DNA of 64,000 nt from Moniliella sp. 'wahieum' (lineage: Eukaryota): the NCBI GenBank assembly GCA_003971905.1, contig RSEE01000014.1, positions 868,001 to 932,000 of the forward strand, read 5' to 3'. Position 1 is the stretch's first letter. Each line of letters opens with the position of its first letter. Below are positions 39,075 through 52,100 of this stretch, one piece after another. The notes under the pieces were generated by a model, which saw only the letters and a program-made list of their open reading frames with translations, ran no database searches and was not told where the DNA came from. The translations under genes and the position numbers were made by a program.

Positions 39075-40471
39075 CGCAGTCCCGGCGGTCTGCACAACAG
39101 AGGGAGCGGAGGAGACAGCGTGGGAGAGCAGCGCGTGTGGACGCCAGCGGGGTTAGCGGGGACCAATCACAGGCACAGCGGCGGATCAGCCTGGCAGGGC
39201 GGCTGTCTCCCGACGCACGTCTCGGATGGCCCTGGGGCAGCACGTGGGATGGGAGGAGAGGACGTGATGGTGGACGCGCGCGACGGGGTGGCGCCAATTC
39301 GGCAGCGAAACGAAGCGTCTGGCGCTGGGCTGGATGTTGGCCCCACTCGCCTGCCCCGCCGCCCTCAGATCGGCCATTTGACATGCCACTTCGCCCGCCA
39401 CACTGCGCCCCCCGCGGCCCAATTCCGCTCGCTGGGCACCGCGCGTTCACTACGCGAGCCCTGAGTCAGTAGGTCTAAGTATTTGGAGTACCAAGGCCAA
39501 GGGACTGAGTACACTCAGTACGAGTTGAGCTGAGCGTGCGTCGAGCAACCGAACCGCAAGACGGCAGGATCTAACCGGCAGTCCTTTTCCAAGCGGAGGA
39601 GAGCCACAGGGCAAGATGCCGTCCGAAGGTCACAGTCACACACACAGCCCCGGTAACTAGTAACTAGTAACTGGTACCATGCAACGTGCCAAAACACGAC
39701 ACCTGCTTGCCTCCAGTCAACCCGAACGAGAGCACGTTGAAGGACACTGGACTCGGCTGGCGAAAGAGGCCCAATCTTCGGTCGGGGATATGACTGAGGG
39801 TATTCTGGCCCAGAACGATCGTGTTCATTTTTGCCACCGTGCCACATAATGCGCGCCCGCTACTCTCGTTTAACTGGCAGCCCATCAGTACGGGCTGAGG
39901 TACCTCTGCTATTTCGACGCTCGAGGCCAACAGGGTGGTTGGTTATATCAGCCTGCCAGAGCGTGTGGATGGCAAGGAGTGATGTGAAAGATGGAAGATG
40001 AAATGCCGACGGAGCGCTTGGGGAATGCGAAGGCGAGCAGGCGGCCCATCCGGAACACACGCACCCACTTGTGCCTGACGAGGGGAGAAGGAGAGCGCAC
40101 CAGGGTAGCTGCTGAGAACACCCGCCCCCACGCCTTGAAGTGCGCGGTCAGCGCATGTGCTCCCGCACGTGTCGTAAACGTGGCCGGCCAACTGAGCAGC
40201 CAAACTTGCCCGCTGGCGCGCAGTCTCTTAGTAGTCTGGGCGCTCTCCAAGGTCAGCCGACGCGGTGGTTTGGAAACCAGCGGCCGATGAACGTTTCACA
40301 CACTTCACCTGCCGCTGGGGCCAGCTTGGCCCAGCCCAGCTAGCCCCATTCCACCCCCAGCAGGCCAAAGCACCCGCACACCGTCTGCCCTGCCTGCGTC
40401 CACCACCACCCACCCCGCTCGCTCCCCGCCCCCGCCCGCCGCCCTCTCCCATCCGCGCACCTGTCCACACC

Positions 40472-41476
40472 ATGCCCGCGTGCGTCTCCCCGTCCGCCGC
40501 CCGCCGCCTTCCCACTGACCCTCTCTGGCCCTGCCTCAGCACGCTCGTCCTGGCCCGCCACGGACAATCAGTGTACAACCAGAGCAATGTGGTACGTGTG
40601 CGCTCCGCTCGCTTGCGCCGTCTCCCCGCGGCCGCTGCTTGCCTCCTACTCACCCCGCCCCTCTCCCTCTCCGCGCTCTGCTGCCCAGTTCACTGGCTTT
40701 GACGACCCCCCCCTCTCGGACTATGGACGAAAGGAAGCCCATGTGATGATCCGCAAGCTCATGGCCCTCGGCTACACCCACTTTGAGTAAGTGCCGCTCC
40801 TCTACGTCTGTGCGCCCCTGCGTCCAGGTCCTGTCTCCTGTCCTCCCTGTCTTGTCCCTTCCCGCGCCCCTCACTCGCTAACCTCGCTCCTTCACCTGTC
40901 CCAGCGCGGTCTTTGTCTCAACCATGCAAAGGTGCCAAGAGACATTAGAGATTCAACTTGCCGAGCTGCACATCAAGGAAAGTGAGATTCCAATCGTGCG
41001 CAGCCCACGGCTCAACGAGCGCGATTACGGTGACATTACCGGCTGCAACAAAGCGGCGACGGCGAAAAAGTATGGAAAAGAGGTGGTACGTAGACTTCTT
41101 CCTTTTGTTTCCGAGGATTTCCTGATGCCCTCCCCCCGACAGAGTAACAGAGTAGGCGCTGACCGAGTGACTTGCACGGTGTTCAGGTCGATGCGTGGCG
41201 GCGGTCATGGAGCGAGGCGCCACCAAACGGCGAATCGCTGCAGATGACGGCGGAGCGGGTGATGCCATTGTACAATGAGCAGATCTTGCCTCGTCTGGAG
41301 CGGGGCGAATCGGTGCTGGTCACGTCGCATGGCAATACCCTCCGTTCCCTGTGCAAGGTGCTGGAGAACATGGACCTCGATACCATCCGCCAATTCCGAT
41401 CGGATCGGGCAGCGTGGTGGTGTACGACTTTGAGGATGGTCGGGTGGTCAACAGGCGTGTGCTTGATCACTACTAA
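40472..41476 (+). CDS. 2,3-bisphosphoglycerate-dependent phosphoglycerate mutase (short, S. pombe Gpm1-like form); 5 exons
   Basis: MPA|TLVLARHGQSVYNQSNV|FTGFDDPPLSDYGRKEA, LNERDYGDITGCNK, WRRSW..PPNGESLQMTAERV and VLVTSHGNTLR. Four GT-AG introns at ~40480-40539, 40592-40688, 40787-40904 and 41086-41186. Confidence 0.88.
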
Positions 41477-41678
41477 CCACCTAACCCCCTTTTCCACTCC
41501 CCTTCCCCCCCCCCCTCAGCACCTTCCACTTCCACTTTTCACTTTTCACCTTCCCCGCGGCCCGGGTAGACACCACGATAAATACCAAACATACAACAGC
41601 TGGCCATGGGGCGCTTCATCCCGGCGCATTGCCTGCTTGACCACAACCGAGCCGGGACTGGTAGGACACACGCGTGAT

Positions 41679-44600
41679 TCACAGGCCCAAGTTGGGCGGA
41701 AGCTGAAGCAGTGCCATCAACTCAAACAGCAGTTGATTGTTGGCGCCCGCGGGCGTGCTCGTGCCCGGCTGGGCCTCCAGCCCGGGCGGGGGCAACGGCG
41801 TGCTGCCCCCCACGCCGGGGAGGGAGAAGGGATGGGTGGTACCTGGCCCCGGAGCAGCGCCAGGCACACTGCCACTTGGGTACGGCTGTACTTGCTGCGA
41901 GAGCAAGTGAAACTGTGCCATCCCCGGAAGAGCCATTCCTGGCCCGGGCGGCGGCGCCATGCCAGGTACAGCTGCCGTGTCGGGCGCTGGGAACGTCGGT
42001 GAGGGCCGTAGGTACGAACCGAGAGGTGGTGCGTCCGACCGGGTGGAAGGGAGATAAGAAGAGGCAGAAAGCAGGCCCAGTTGCGCGCCAACCGGGTCCA
42101 AGTAAGGTGCCTGGCTGGAGCCGGTGGGACCAGTGCCAGGAACGGCAGCTGGGGCAGAGGAAGTGTCCCACCCCTTTTGGGAGGCCAAAGCAGGATTGGC
42201 AGGAACAGATGTACCGGCGGTGGCGGTCACGTTCGAGGTGGTTCCCGCCGCTGCGGCCGCCGCAGCGAGTTGCATGCCCGGACGCCATTCGTTGAAGAAG
42301 ACTTGCTCCAAGTCAAACAGCCCGGGCGCATAGGACTGGGCCGAGTTGGCCATATCCGGTCCTTGACCCGGAACGCCCTCGCCTGATTGCTCGTACCACC
42401 GTGCCATCTGGGACCGCTGCTGGTCCTGCGCAGCATTCGCCGATAAGGCCGATGGCGGGATCTGGGCTTCGGTCGCGTCGGCGCCCGTGGCGCTGCCAGA
42501 GTTGAGGTTGGGAAGAGTGGCAGAGCTGGTGACCGCCGGCTCGATGGGGAACGCCGGAGATGGCTGGGCCGCCCCCTCGGCCTCGCTTGCTGCGGTCGGC
42601 AAGGCCTTGGTCGTGCCCATCGAACTCCTCAGTGGCTCAGGTTGACCGCTGGGGTCGAGCGCGGGGTCGGAATTGGTGTTGTCATCATCACCTCTTCGTT
42701 TGGCACGACAAAGGAGCGACTCTCCTCGTCCCAGTAGCCGTCGGCCAAGTAACTGAACCATCCAGCAGTTGCTTGTGCGACGAGGCGGCCGGCCACGTCT
42801 CGGAGAGTTTGGCTAGCGCTTCGCGACACAGCACGTACCCTCGTCGCGCATTGAGTGCAATCTGCTTGTCCCCCTTGAGACTAGAGTTGAAGATGAAGGT
42901 CAAGGCGGCGGTGAAGAAACAATAGGCCAAGTCGGTCGTCAGACGGTCGCCGCGCATGTACTGTGCCGTGGTCTCCAGCATATCGCAAATGACCTGGGCC
43001 GAGTGGGTGGCCTTGATAAACGACTCATTGTTCAACACGTCGGACAGCACTACGCCTTCGTCTTGCGGAATAAAGTTGCGGTGCAACAGCAGCTTGGCCG
43101 TCTGGTACCACATCTCCACCGCGATGAACGCAGGAAGCGGCACAAACTTGGCGTTGCGATCCTGTTTGAGCCGCGCAAGCAGTTCGTCGGCACGGAACTG
43201 GGGAGGGAGTGCGTTATGCCAGCTCTCCAGTTCCTCATCATACTTGATCACCAGATCCCGCACTTCCTTGCCCTTCTTCCTGAGCGCCGCCTTGCGCCCA
43301 AAAGAATGGAACTGAGTCAAGATGCCTTCAATGATGGAGAAGAGCGTGATGGACAGATTGATGCAAGCGGCCACATGCAAGCGTCGATGGCCCACCGCCA
43401 CCACCCGACCGGCATCCTCGTCGGCCGGCTCAAAGTCGTCCAGATCCACCAACTCCACCTCATCCTCCTCCAACTCCGAAAGGAAGGGGACATCAATATC
43501 GCACCGCTTCAACGGCACCGGACGACCCATCTCGGCCGCCAGCATCTGACCCAGAATGTAAATGTTCCAAATGAGGCGGACGCGCGTCTCGCGCTCGTTC
43601 ACATCGTGCAACAGGTTCAGCCGAGGAATGGGCCACCGATGCAGGCCCATGTCCAGCGCCATGGCGACCGACAAGCTATGGTACACCCATGCTTGCGAAA
43701 GGTCGCCCGTGCCATGCGCGTACATCGACAGTAAAACAGCGCCTGCACCGTCGACAACGACGGACGCAGCCGCGACGCAAACAGGTACCGCTCCGCACGA
43801 CGATAAAACAACAGGCCACGGTCCTCTTGACCTGCCCGTTCGCGCAGCTGGTCATGGCGGCGCGTGACGATGCACGAAGCGATGGCATACACGGCATAGA
43901 GCAGACAGGGGTCCAGGTGCTCATGGATCACCGCCGGGTCAATGTGTCGGATGGCCGGCTGAACCCAACGCAGTTAGCTCGCAGCTCCGGCCGAGATGGG
44001 AAGGGGAGGGGAGGGGGCGCACCTTGTACAAGACGGGCCACTCGGAATGAACGTGGCACCAGTATCGATTGAAGAGCCGTCTACACTCCTCTACCCCAAC
44101 GGGGGGGTCGTTGGCCGGGTCAACAAGTCGATCGGTGCTTCGATCGTCTGAATCTGCCCTGACGGAACACGTGTGCTGCGCAACGTTTTCAGCTTCCCCT
44201 CGGTCGGTTCAGCCGAGGGCGAAGCAGCCTGGGCAGCCGGGTCAGAATGAGTCGGTTGGTCAGGCGACGCTCCAAGCTCGGACGAAGGACTGGCCGGCCC
44301 AGCCGAGCTAGTGCGACGAAGGAACGGCAGCGAACCAGCGGGACCTGATGTGGCGGGAGGACCGGCATGACGCTCGGCCGAATTGAGATTGCGGGTGCGC
44401 AACAGGTTGGGAAGAGACGGGGAACTGGGGTTGGATTTCTCTGAGCCAGAGCGACGAGAAGCAGTAAGAGCGTAGCTGCTGGGGTGCCGGAGCCGCTCCT
44501 GCGCGGCGCGGGCAACCCGACGCGCGCGGCTTCTTTCGGCGCAAGGGGGGACGCAGAATGGGTGCCACGAGAACGAATGGAATCCTTCGATCCAGACCCG

Positions 44601-45547
44601 TCGGCACTGGGCGGACCAAGAGGGAAAGGAGGTGTGCCGGACGTGAGGGGGGGTAAGGTGCGTCGGGACAGAAGCTGCAGGCCCGAGGAAGATCCACGAT
44701 GCATCGTATCGCCCCGCTGGTTCACGCCCAGAATGTCACTTTCGTCGCCCTCCCCTCGCGGCTGGGACGAATCGAGCTCGGATGCAGGCACCCAGGAGCC
44801 TCCTCCGCTCCCGTCCCACACCAATTGGCTCGCATCCCCCCCAGAAGCGAGGCGGGCGCGTTTGAAGGTGTCCTGCCCATTCGCAGGCGGCGCAGGGCGT
44901 TTGCTGGTAACATACGATGGCCACTGCCAGTCGGAATTCTCCCGCGCCATCCGTTCCGAGGTAGGGTCAGGCCAGGCATGGGGGGCATGAACGCCAGGGT
45001 GGCGCTGTGGCAGGCCCTGGAGCAGCGGTACCTGGCCTGTACTGCCCCCCGATCCAGACAGGGGCGAGAGGCCAGGGCCCGCACCGGACGCCAGGGGAGG
45101 CACGGGCAGAGCAGCAGGAAAGTCGGCGACAGATGGGTCCGAGGGGCGAGAAGTAGCGAGACGCAAGCCTCGATCGGAAGCAAGACGCGCAATTTCCGTC
45201 TCGGTTTGCTCTTCGCCCAGTTTGATCACCAGGTCGCGCATCGTAGTCTCAAGAGTGCGGAGAAGCTTGGCCTTGACGCTCTCCGTGCCACGGAAGCCCT
45301 TGGGCGGGCCACGCCGGATGGAGGTTTTGGAGTAGTGGCATTCCACGCCGATCGCCAGACACACCGCGCACGACGGGTGGCGGCCATCGCACCGGCGCTT
45401 GCTGGCGGAACAGCGGGCACACGCGCGGCGCACCCGCTGCTTCGCCTTGGCGTCGGCGGACGCGGGCATGCCGCTGGAGGGGAGTGCGTCGGCGGCGCCA
45501 GGGGCAGACACGTCCGAGTCGTCGGGAGATGCGGGAGGAGACGCCAT
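41679..45547 (-). CDS. Zn(II)2Cys6 transcription factor with fungal-specific TF domain
   Basis: RVRRACARCSASKRRCDGRHPSCAVCLAIGVECHY..RRGPPKG; middle homology region AWVYHSLSVAMALDMGLHR...ERETRVRLIWNIYIL...EMGRP; LLLHRNFI; low-complexity activation tail. Confidence 0.93.
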
Positions 45548-46124
45548 CAGGGGCGGAGCCCGGGGTGGGGACGGGGGTGGCGAGAAGGTGTTAGGAGGCC
45601 GCGGCCGAGGGCGGCGAGGCGGGACGGGGCGGCACGTGGGGATATTGAATGTTTCATGGAAGCGCTTGTTATCGATTATCCCCGCGTGCGGCTGCTGATT
45701 AAGCTGATTAGTCGATTAGGATCTAGGATTGGAAGAGTGATAACCGGTAACCTTCGGACCCACAAGCAGCGCCCCAGACTGTGTGGGCCGGCGCACGCAG
45801 CACGCTGAGAACACGCCTACGGCGATATCGATGGCGATGCCAGGACCGCTACGGATCCAATCCACCCCTCTGTGCAGGAGCCACGGGGCATTTGAACCAA
45901 GCGAAGAGGGCCTATGCACAATCATACACACCGCACGCACAACAACAGAACCAAGGTATATATGCGAGGAGCAACAAAACCAGGATGAACAAGATGTAAG
46001 CACAAGTGCAAGCAGTGGTGGGGCCAGCAAGTGAACCTCTGGGAGAGAGAGACGTCAAGACCCCGACACCATCCTATCTATGTAGCGAGTGCAGCGCAAA
46101 GCAGCCAGCAGTTACCTGCCTTTC

Positions 46125-49100
46125 CTAATACTCCATCTCCACTGAGCGCGGCGGGGGCGAGAAAGAATACGGTCCCGGGCGATGTGACTTGCGGGTGGAA
46201 GAAGGGGAAGCGACGTACCATCGCTGCCGGTTCGGCCTGGCCGCCACACGGGCAGGAGTGACGTCGCCCCCCCGCGGCACCTCCGCCCTGCGACCAACAG
46301 CCACGCCAACTGGCGTCGCCGCTTCGTGTGGCGTCGGGCTCATCCGCCGCCCACCCGACCAGCCTTGCCCGCCGGTAGAAGCAAGGGAGGGCATGGACCA
46401 ACCTGCTTCCTGCGGCGTTCCCGCCACCGGCCCGGGCGTGATATCCGTGTCTGCTTGTCCCCACGCCATCGGCATCCCCGTCACCCCCAGTGGTGGCAAG
46501 CTGGTTCCCAGCCCCATCCCCATCTCTAGACCAAACGAGCGCGGGGTCGCGACCCATTGGCCTCCAGGCGTCATGCCTACGCCAAGGGTTCCCTCTAGCC
46601 CCATGAGGGTGGCGCCAAGCGAGGGGAATGCGTGCGGGGTAGTGAACGCGCCGCCGGTCGTTTCCAGGCCCAGATCAAGTTCACGGCTGCCTGATGCAAT
46701 GGGGGTGCCGAGGCGGGAAGGGGTGGAGAGCAGCGGCGGCGGACGTGGCGAGGGCGAAGTAGAGCCAGAGTGAACGTCGCGGCACGGAGACGGCGTACTG
46801 CGCATGCCCGCTGCCCTGGGCGGCGAGGGTGTGGTGAGCCGCGACGGGTCCTGATGGTCCGACCACTGAAACGCCCCCGTCCGCTCAGAACCAGGTTGCA
46901 CACATGGAACTTTATCTCCCCGGCATTTCTCTTGGCGCGGCATGATCACCGCCGGATCCGATAGACCGGAACGCCGCTTGCGTCCCGACATTAGCACGCC
47001 CGTCGGCGACGGCAACAGCTTCCCTGAATCCGTCTTGCGCGCCAACGGTGAGCCCGGGTCGAGCGCACGCGTCCCATACCGATGAGCCCGTGCGCGCATG
47101 GGCGCCCGGGGGCCAGGGGGCGTGCGCACCACCCCACTGCCCTCTTGGCAGACCAGACGGGCAGGATCAGTACTGGTGCTCATATCGCACCTCAATGACG
47201 AGCCAGACGCTACAGAGTCCGAAACGACGGGCAGCGCCAACGTCCGCGGATCGCCCCCAAAGGCCACAACGCCATCCTCATTAACAAACAGCTTGTCCAC
47301 CATCGGGTGGGCGGGGCCATGGCGGGCGGGTCGTAGCCTGTACTGCCCCGGCAAATGGTGATATGCTGGAGCTGCTTCGCACGCGGGTCGATCGGGGAAG
47401 GTCCGCATTCCTCAGTACCGACGCCGACGTACTGGGCCTCAGCCGCACACTCGACCGCCCGCGGTGAGAGAGAACAGGCGCGGTGGTCGAATCAGTATCG
47501 ACCGTTGCCACCCCGATAGCCCCAGCGTCGGCCTGGCCGGGTGTAGATGCAGGGAGGGACGGAGACGTGGCGGCGGCCATGCGGACGGTGCAAGCATGGC
47601 AGACCCACTCGGTTAATAGGCCCTGAGTTGCACGATAGCCCACACATGGTTGGTGGTACACCCGCTTGCACCGTTCGCACCGTACCTGCGGCCCACCGTC
47701 GGCGCCCAAGTCACAAAAGCACGGCGCACCCTCTGGGGAGCCCTGGTTTCGCACCGCGGTGCCGGAGGCACCAACAGGCTCCCTGACCATGCGCGGCGAG
47801 TCGCGGAGGTGGACAGCATCCACCTCAATAAGTTCGTCCTTCCCGACCGACAGCCGTGCCGCCTCCCCCGCTTTGAATGGGTATATGGTTTTGTGTCGTT
47901 TGGTATTGCGGGGGCTGGCAGGTGGAGGGGCGGAAGCCGAAGGGAAGAAAGGCGCCGAGTTGCGTTTGCGTTTCAGCTGGTCCTTGCCCTGGCCGCTGTC
48001 CTTGGCCTGGGTTGAGTTGGAGCGTGGGCATGCGCATAGGGTGGGTATAGCCTGCGCCACCCGAGGAAGTGGGCAGGAAGGAGGACAGCTGGGTAGTCAG
48101 CACAGTAGGTCCCATGGGCAACGTAGCCGGGCTTGTCCCTGCATTCTGAAGAAGTGCCCCCACTTCGGGCTGGAGAGGCGCACCGTGCTTCGGCTCACCT
48201 GGGACAAGGGCCGGAAATGGTGGAAGTTTCAGCAAGTTAGAGCCATTGCTCGTGGGAGGGGGGAGATTCGCCTCAGCCTTGGTCAGCTGATTGGCCAGGG
48301 AGTTGGGAAGGCCGGAAACGGGAGCAGGAGCAAATGCAACGTTTGGGTCAACATGCGCCGCCGCCAAGGCCGCTTCACTGTCTGATTGGGCACACCCGTT
48401 CTCAAGGGGTATCAAAGTGGTGAGGGAATGGGGGTCAGTTTACGTTGACGCGATTTCCACGCTCGTTGGGACAAGGCACGGCGGACCATTGGATGAACTG
48501 AGCGGGCTGAGGGTGGTGCGAAGGAACGAAAAGATGGCTGGGGCACGGCTCACGTCGGGTACCGCGGGTACCGCGGTGCGCATCCACAGTTTCCCACCCA
48601 CGCCTGCCTCCTTCTCACCCAGGGAGAGGGATGGGCGAGACGCCCATTGCGACTCCTCCTTAAAAGAGCTGGCGCGGATGACGCGGCGGGTAGCCCAACA
48701 GACTGCTCCGAGCCTCCCTCTTCGTCGCTCTCGCATGGTTGGTCAAGCCACCGCCGGAGCACACTCGTTTTGACGGCATCCTCCTTCCGCTGTGAAAGTA
48801 GCGTGGCGCCGGAAGGGGCGGAAGCGATGCTGGTGGTGGGGAGGCAGGACGCACGATGAGGGGGGGCAATGGGAGAGGGGGCCGGGCCTGCTTGGAGTTG
48901 GAGGCACGGGAGTGATGGCCATTGCTCCATGAGGCAAACGGCAGCAGAGGAGCTCGGGCACTGGGCCTGACCAACAGGCGGGCAATGAGGGGGCGGGGCA
49001 GGTTGAAGAGGAGAGACCCAAGATTGGAGGACGCACAGGGCCGGCAGCCAGGCCGCGGCAGGGCGACGAGTCGGGGACGACGAACTCATCGAGCAGGCGG

Positions 49101-49156
49101 TGGAAGGTGCGGTCGGCGCTCGAGGGAGGTGGTGGAGCAGGATGGGGCTGGGGCAT
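46125..49156 (-). CDS. Large low-complexity protein with a single PHD finger
   Basis: PHD pattern CFCDLGADGGPQVRCERCKRVYHQPCVGY...EWVCHAC (~47590-47730) within Pro/Ser/Thr-rich ORFs joined by frameshifts; basic KRKR motif. Confidence 0.7.
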
Positions 49157-52100
49157 GGCCGGCGGCTAGGCTGGGTGGGTGGGGGTTGGGCAAGAGGTGT
49201 GAAGGCGGGTTAAATCAAGGATGGCAGCAGTAGGCGCAGGTAGAATGTTGTTTGGGCGAGTGTACTGGGGGCAACGCGCAGGGCCCCTCAACATTCAACA
49301 TTCAATCCTCATCACCGCCACCATCACCACCGCCATCACCATCTCCACCGCCCCCACCAGCCACCTGGCTTGGGCAGATCTGTCGATCACATGTCGCAGG
49401 TTATCATATAACCTTGGTCAAGTACGTTGGCGTTCAACGTGTTTAAAAACGTTAACCGTAAAGATGCCACGGGTCGTCGATCATCTCGGTGATTAGTGCC
49501 TCAGTGCGTTATAATGACCGAGTGACTAGCGACCAGTGACCAGTGACTAGTGAATGTCACCGGTCACCCGGTGACCGCCACCTGAGGCCGCGTCCAACGT
49601 CCAACCCTCCAACAGTCTTTGCCACCCGCCACCTACAGTCGGATCCAAGCCTCTCGCACACACAACTCCCCACCCATCCATCTATCCATCCATCCACCAT
49701 CGCCCGGATTTGCGCCTTCAGCCAATTCAATGTTAACACCCTGTGAATGATTGTGGTCACTTGACCGGCTTTTCCTCTTGTTCGGCGCGTCTCTAAAACC
49801 GTTTTGAGTGATAAACGTTAAACGTTAATCGCGTCAACGAACGTTAAACGTTAAACTCTCAGCGTTACGATGTTCACAGCGCGCGCGCGCGCGCCACACA
49901 CTGCCTCCGCATCTGCCTTCGATCTCGTCGATCGGGTGAGCCGCTCAGGCTGAGCCGAGCTTCAATGCATATCAGCGAGCATTGATCAGTGCTCACTGTA
50001 TACTCAGTGTCAACATGCCGACAGAGAAGAATGGACAAAACACCATCAACACTACATCGTCAGATCAATATCAATAAAGAAAGCTCAGCCTGAGCGCCCA
50101 CTCAACATTGTGGTGGGGAATAAGCCTTCAGTTTAACTACGCTCGATCAAATTCTACGAATTATGCAATCATTGTGGCTCAAGCTGCTCAAGTTTGAGGC
50201 CTGAGGCCTGATGGGCCTGATGATTGATGAGCTCTCAAAGTGTTGTGATGTGTAGCGACGTCCTGATCCACACGGCTATGGAAACCGCAAGGATGCTGAA
50301 GCGTATAGGAGGACAGCATAGGTAATCGATTGTGGGCGGGAGATAGGCGTTGGCGGGAGGACGCGGGACGGGCTACACAAGAGAAGAGGCTACTAAGTAT
50401 GCCGATGTACGGAGTGTCACAGTCGGGGCTAAGGCGAGGGAGACAGGATCAGACTAGGCCAAGGGTTTGTGTTGTGTTAGCGATCGTGGTGGGGATGGGG
50501 GAAGAAGCAAGAACAGAGGACATGGTGCGAAGTGGAAAGAACAGGGAAGGAGCGAGACGCGAGACGAAGAAAGAAATTGGAAATGGGAGCGAGATCAGCC
50601 AAACTATGACAGGATGTTGGGCTTTCTATCGGTCTCTCTCCACCTCCCTATATCTTCTCGGCTTACCTCTCTTACTACATTACAAAATCCGGGCGTCAAG
50701 GTGATAAGCTTGTCTTGCCCGAACAACTGTCTGGCCCGAGCCACTCGCCGGATCTGGGCGACGATGATTTCTGTAGTTATCGGCTGTGCCGACCACCCTT
50801 CTGTTGCATGGCATGGCTGGCGCTCATAACATCGTCGCGGGAATGCTGTGGGCGCCACGCTTTTTTGATAGTATATATGTTGTCACAGTCGTCTGCCAAG
50901 TAATAGCTAACAGTAGTACATGTGGCGACTTGACAGAGTATGTTGGACAAGGGTGTTCGGATCTGGAGGGTCTGGTTAGGGCGTTAGGTCAGTTTTGGGA
51001 CGCCACACACAATGACGGTTTACCGGAGCTGTGGAAGAAGCACTTGGTATGCAGAGAGAGGATTGAAATGGGTGAGAGATGATGTTGAGCCTGCGCATGT
51101 TTCTTTTGCACTTGAAAGACCCAAGATTGAACCAAAAGAAGATTATAGAAAGACCAGTGGAGGACGGAAACGGAAATCTTGAACATGTGTGTTGACCACC
51201 AGGTGACCCAAAGGAAAACAGCAGGATAAACACATACCCTCCCCCATGTCGAAACATATTATCCATCATGGCAATGTCCAACTCAAAAACAAACGAGAGT
51301 CTGCAGGTTCAACGATCAATTCAGCAACCAACCATGCGCTGTGTTGATGCGCCCCGAATCCGTCCCGGTTGGGCCCTGTGACGCAAGCCTCATAGGCAGG
51401 GAAGAGATGGTTCTCAGTGGACGTTGCTGGGATAGACGGGGAACGGAGCAGATTTAGAAGAGTGACGGTTGGATGGGGATGCACCATATATCGACACCTG
51501 TTCGAAATGTTGACCACCATGCTCTCGGGTCATAGACGGACCACAAGCTGGTTTTTCTACGTCAGCGAGAGGCGCAAAAAAACGTCGAGATGCAGTTTGG
51601 GGCGACGTGGGGGCGCTCTGTGAGGGTTGGGATTAGGGAACAGGGTGCGATACGATGTTCTTCTTTGGTAATTTACACATCTGCCACAGTCGGGCTAGAC
51701 GAGGAAGACCAGTAAGGTCTGCCAGAGACGAGGGGGAAAATGGTAAGATGGTTCGTGGGGAAGAAAACAGAGAAAGCATCAGACAGGGAACACAAGCAAA
51801 AGGAAAGGGAAAATCGAGATACACGGATGCAGAATCGGAAATTGGGGGCGAGCTTAGTCTTTCGGTGACAATATCAACCCCAACGACTATGAGAGAGAGC
51901 GAGAGACGGAGAAGGCTATATGGCCACACGAGGTTATACACACCTGATATTGCCTCCATATATGTTGACGCAACTGACCATCAGACGGTTTATAATAAGC
52001 GTCACCCCGAAAAGGAGACTGGTCTGAACTCTTGAGTTCAACACCATTTTGGAAAGCATGCAATCGGGTGAGGACTCTGCTTACATATATAGGTTGGCGC

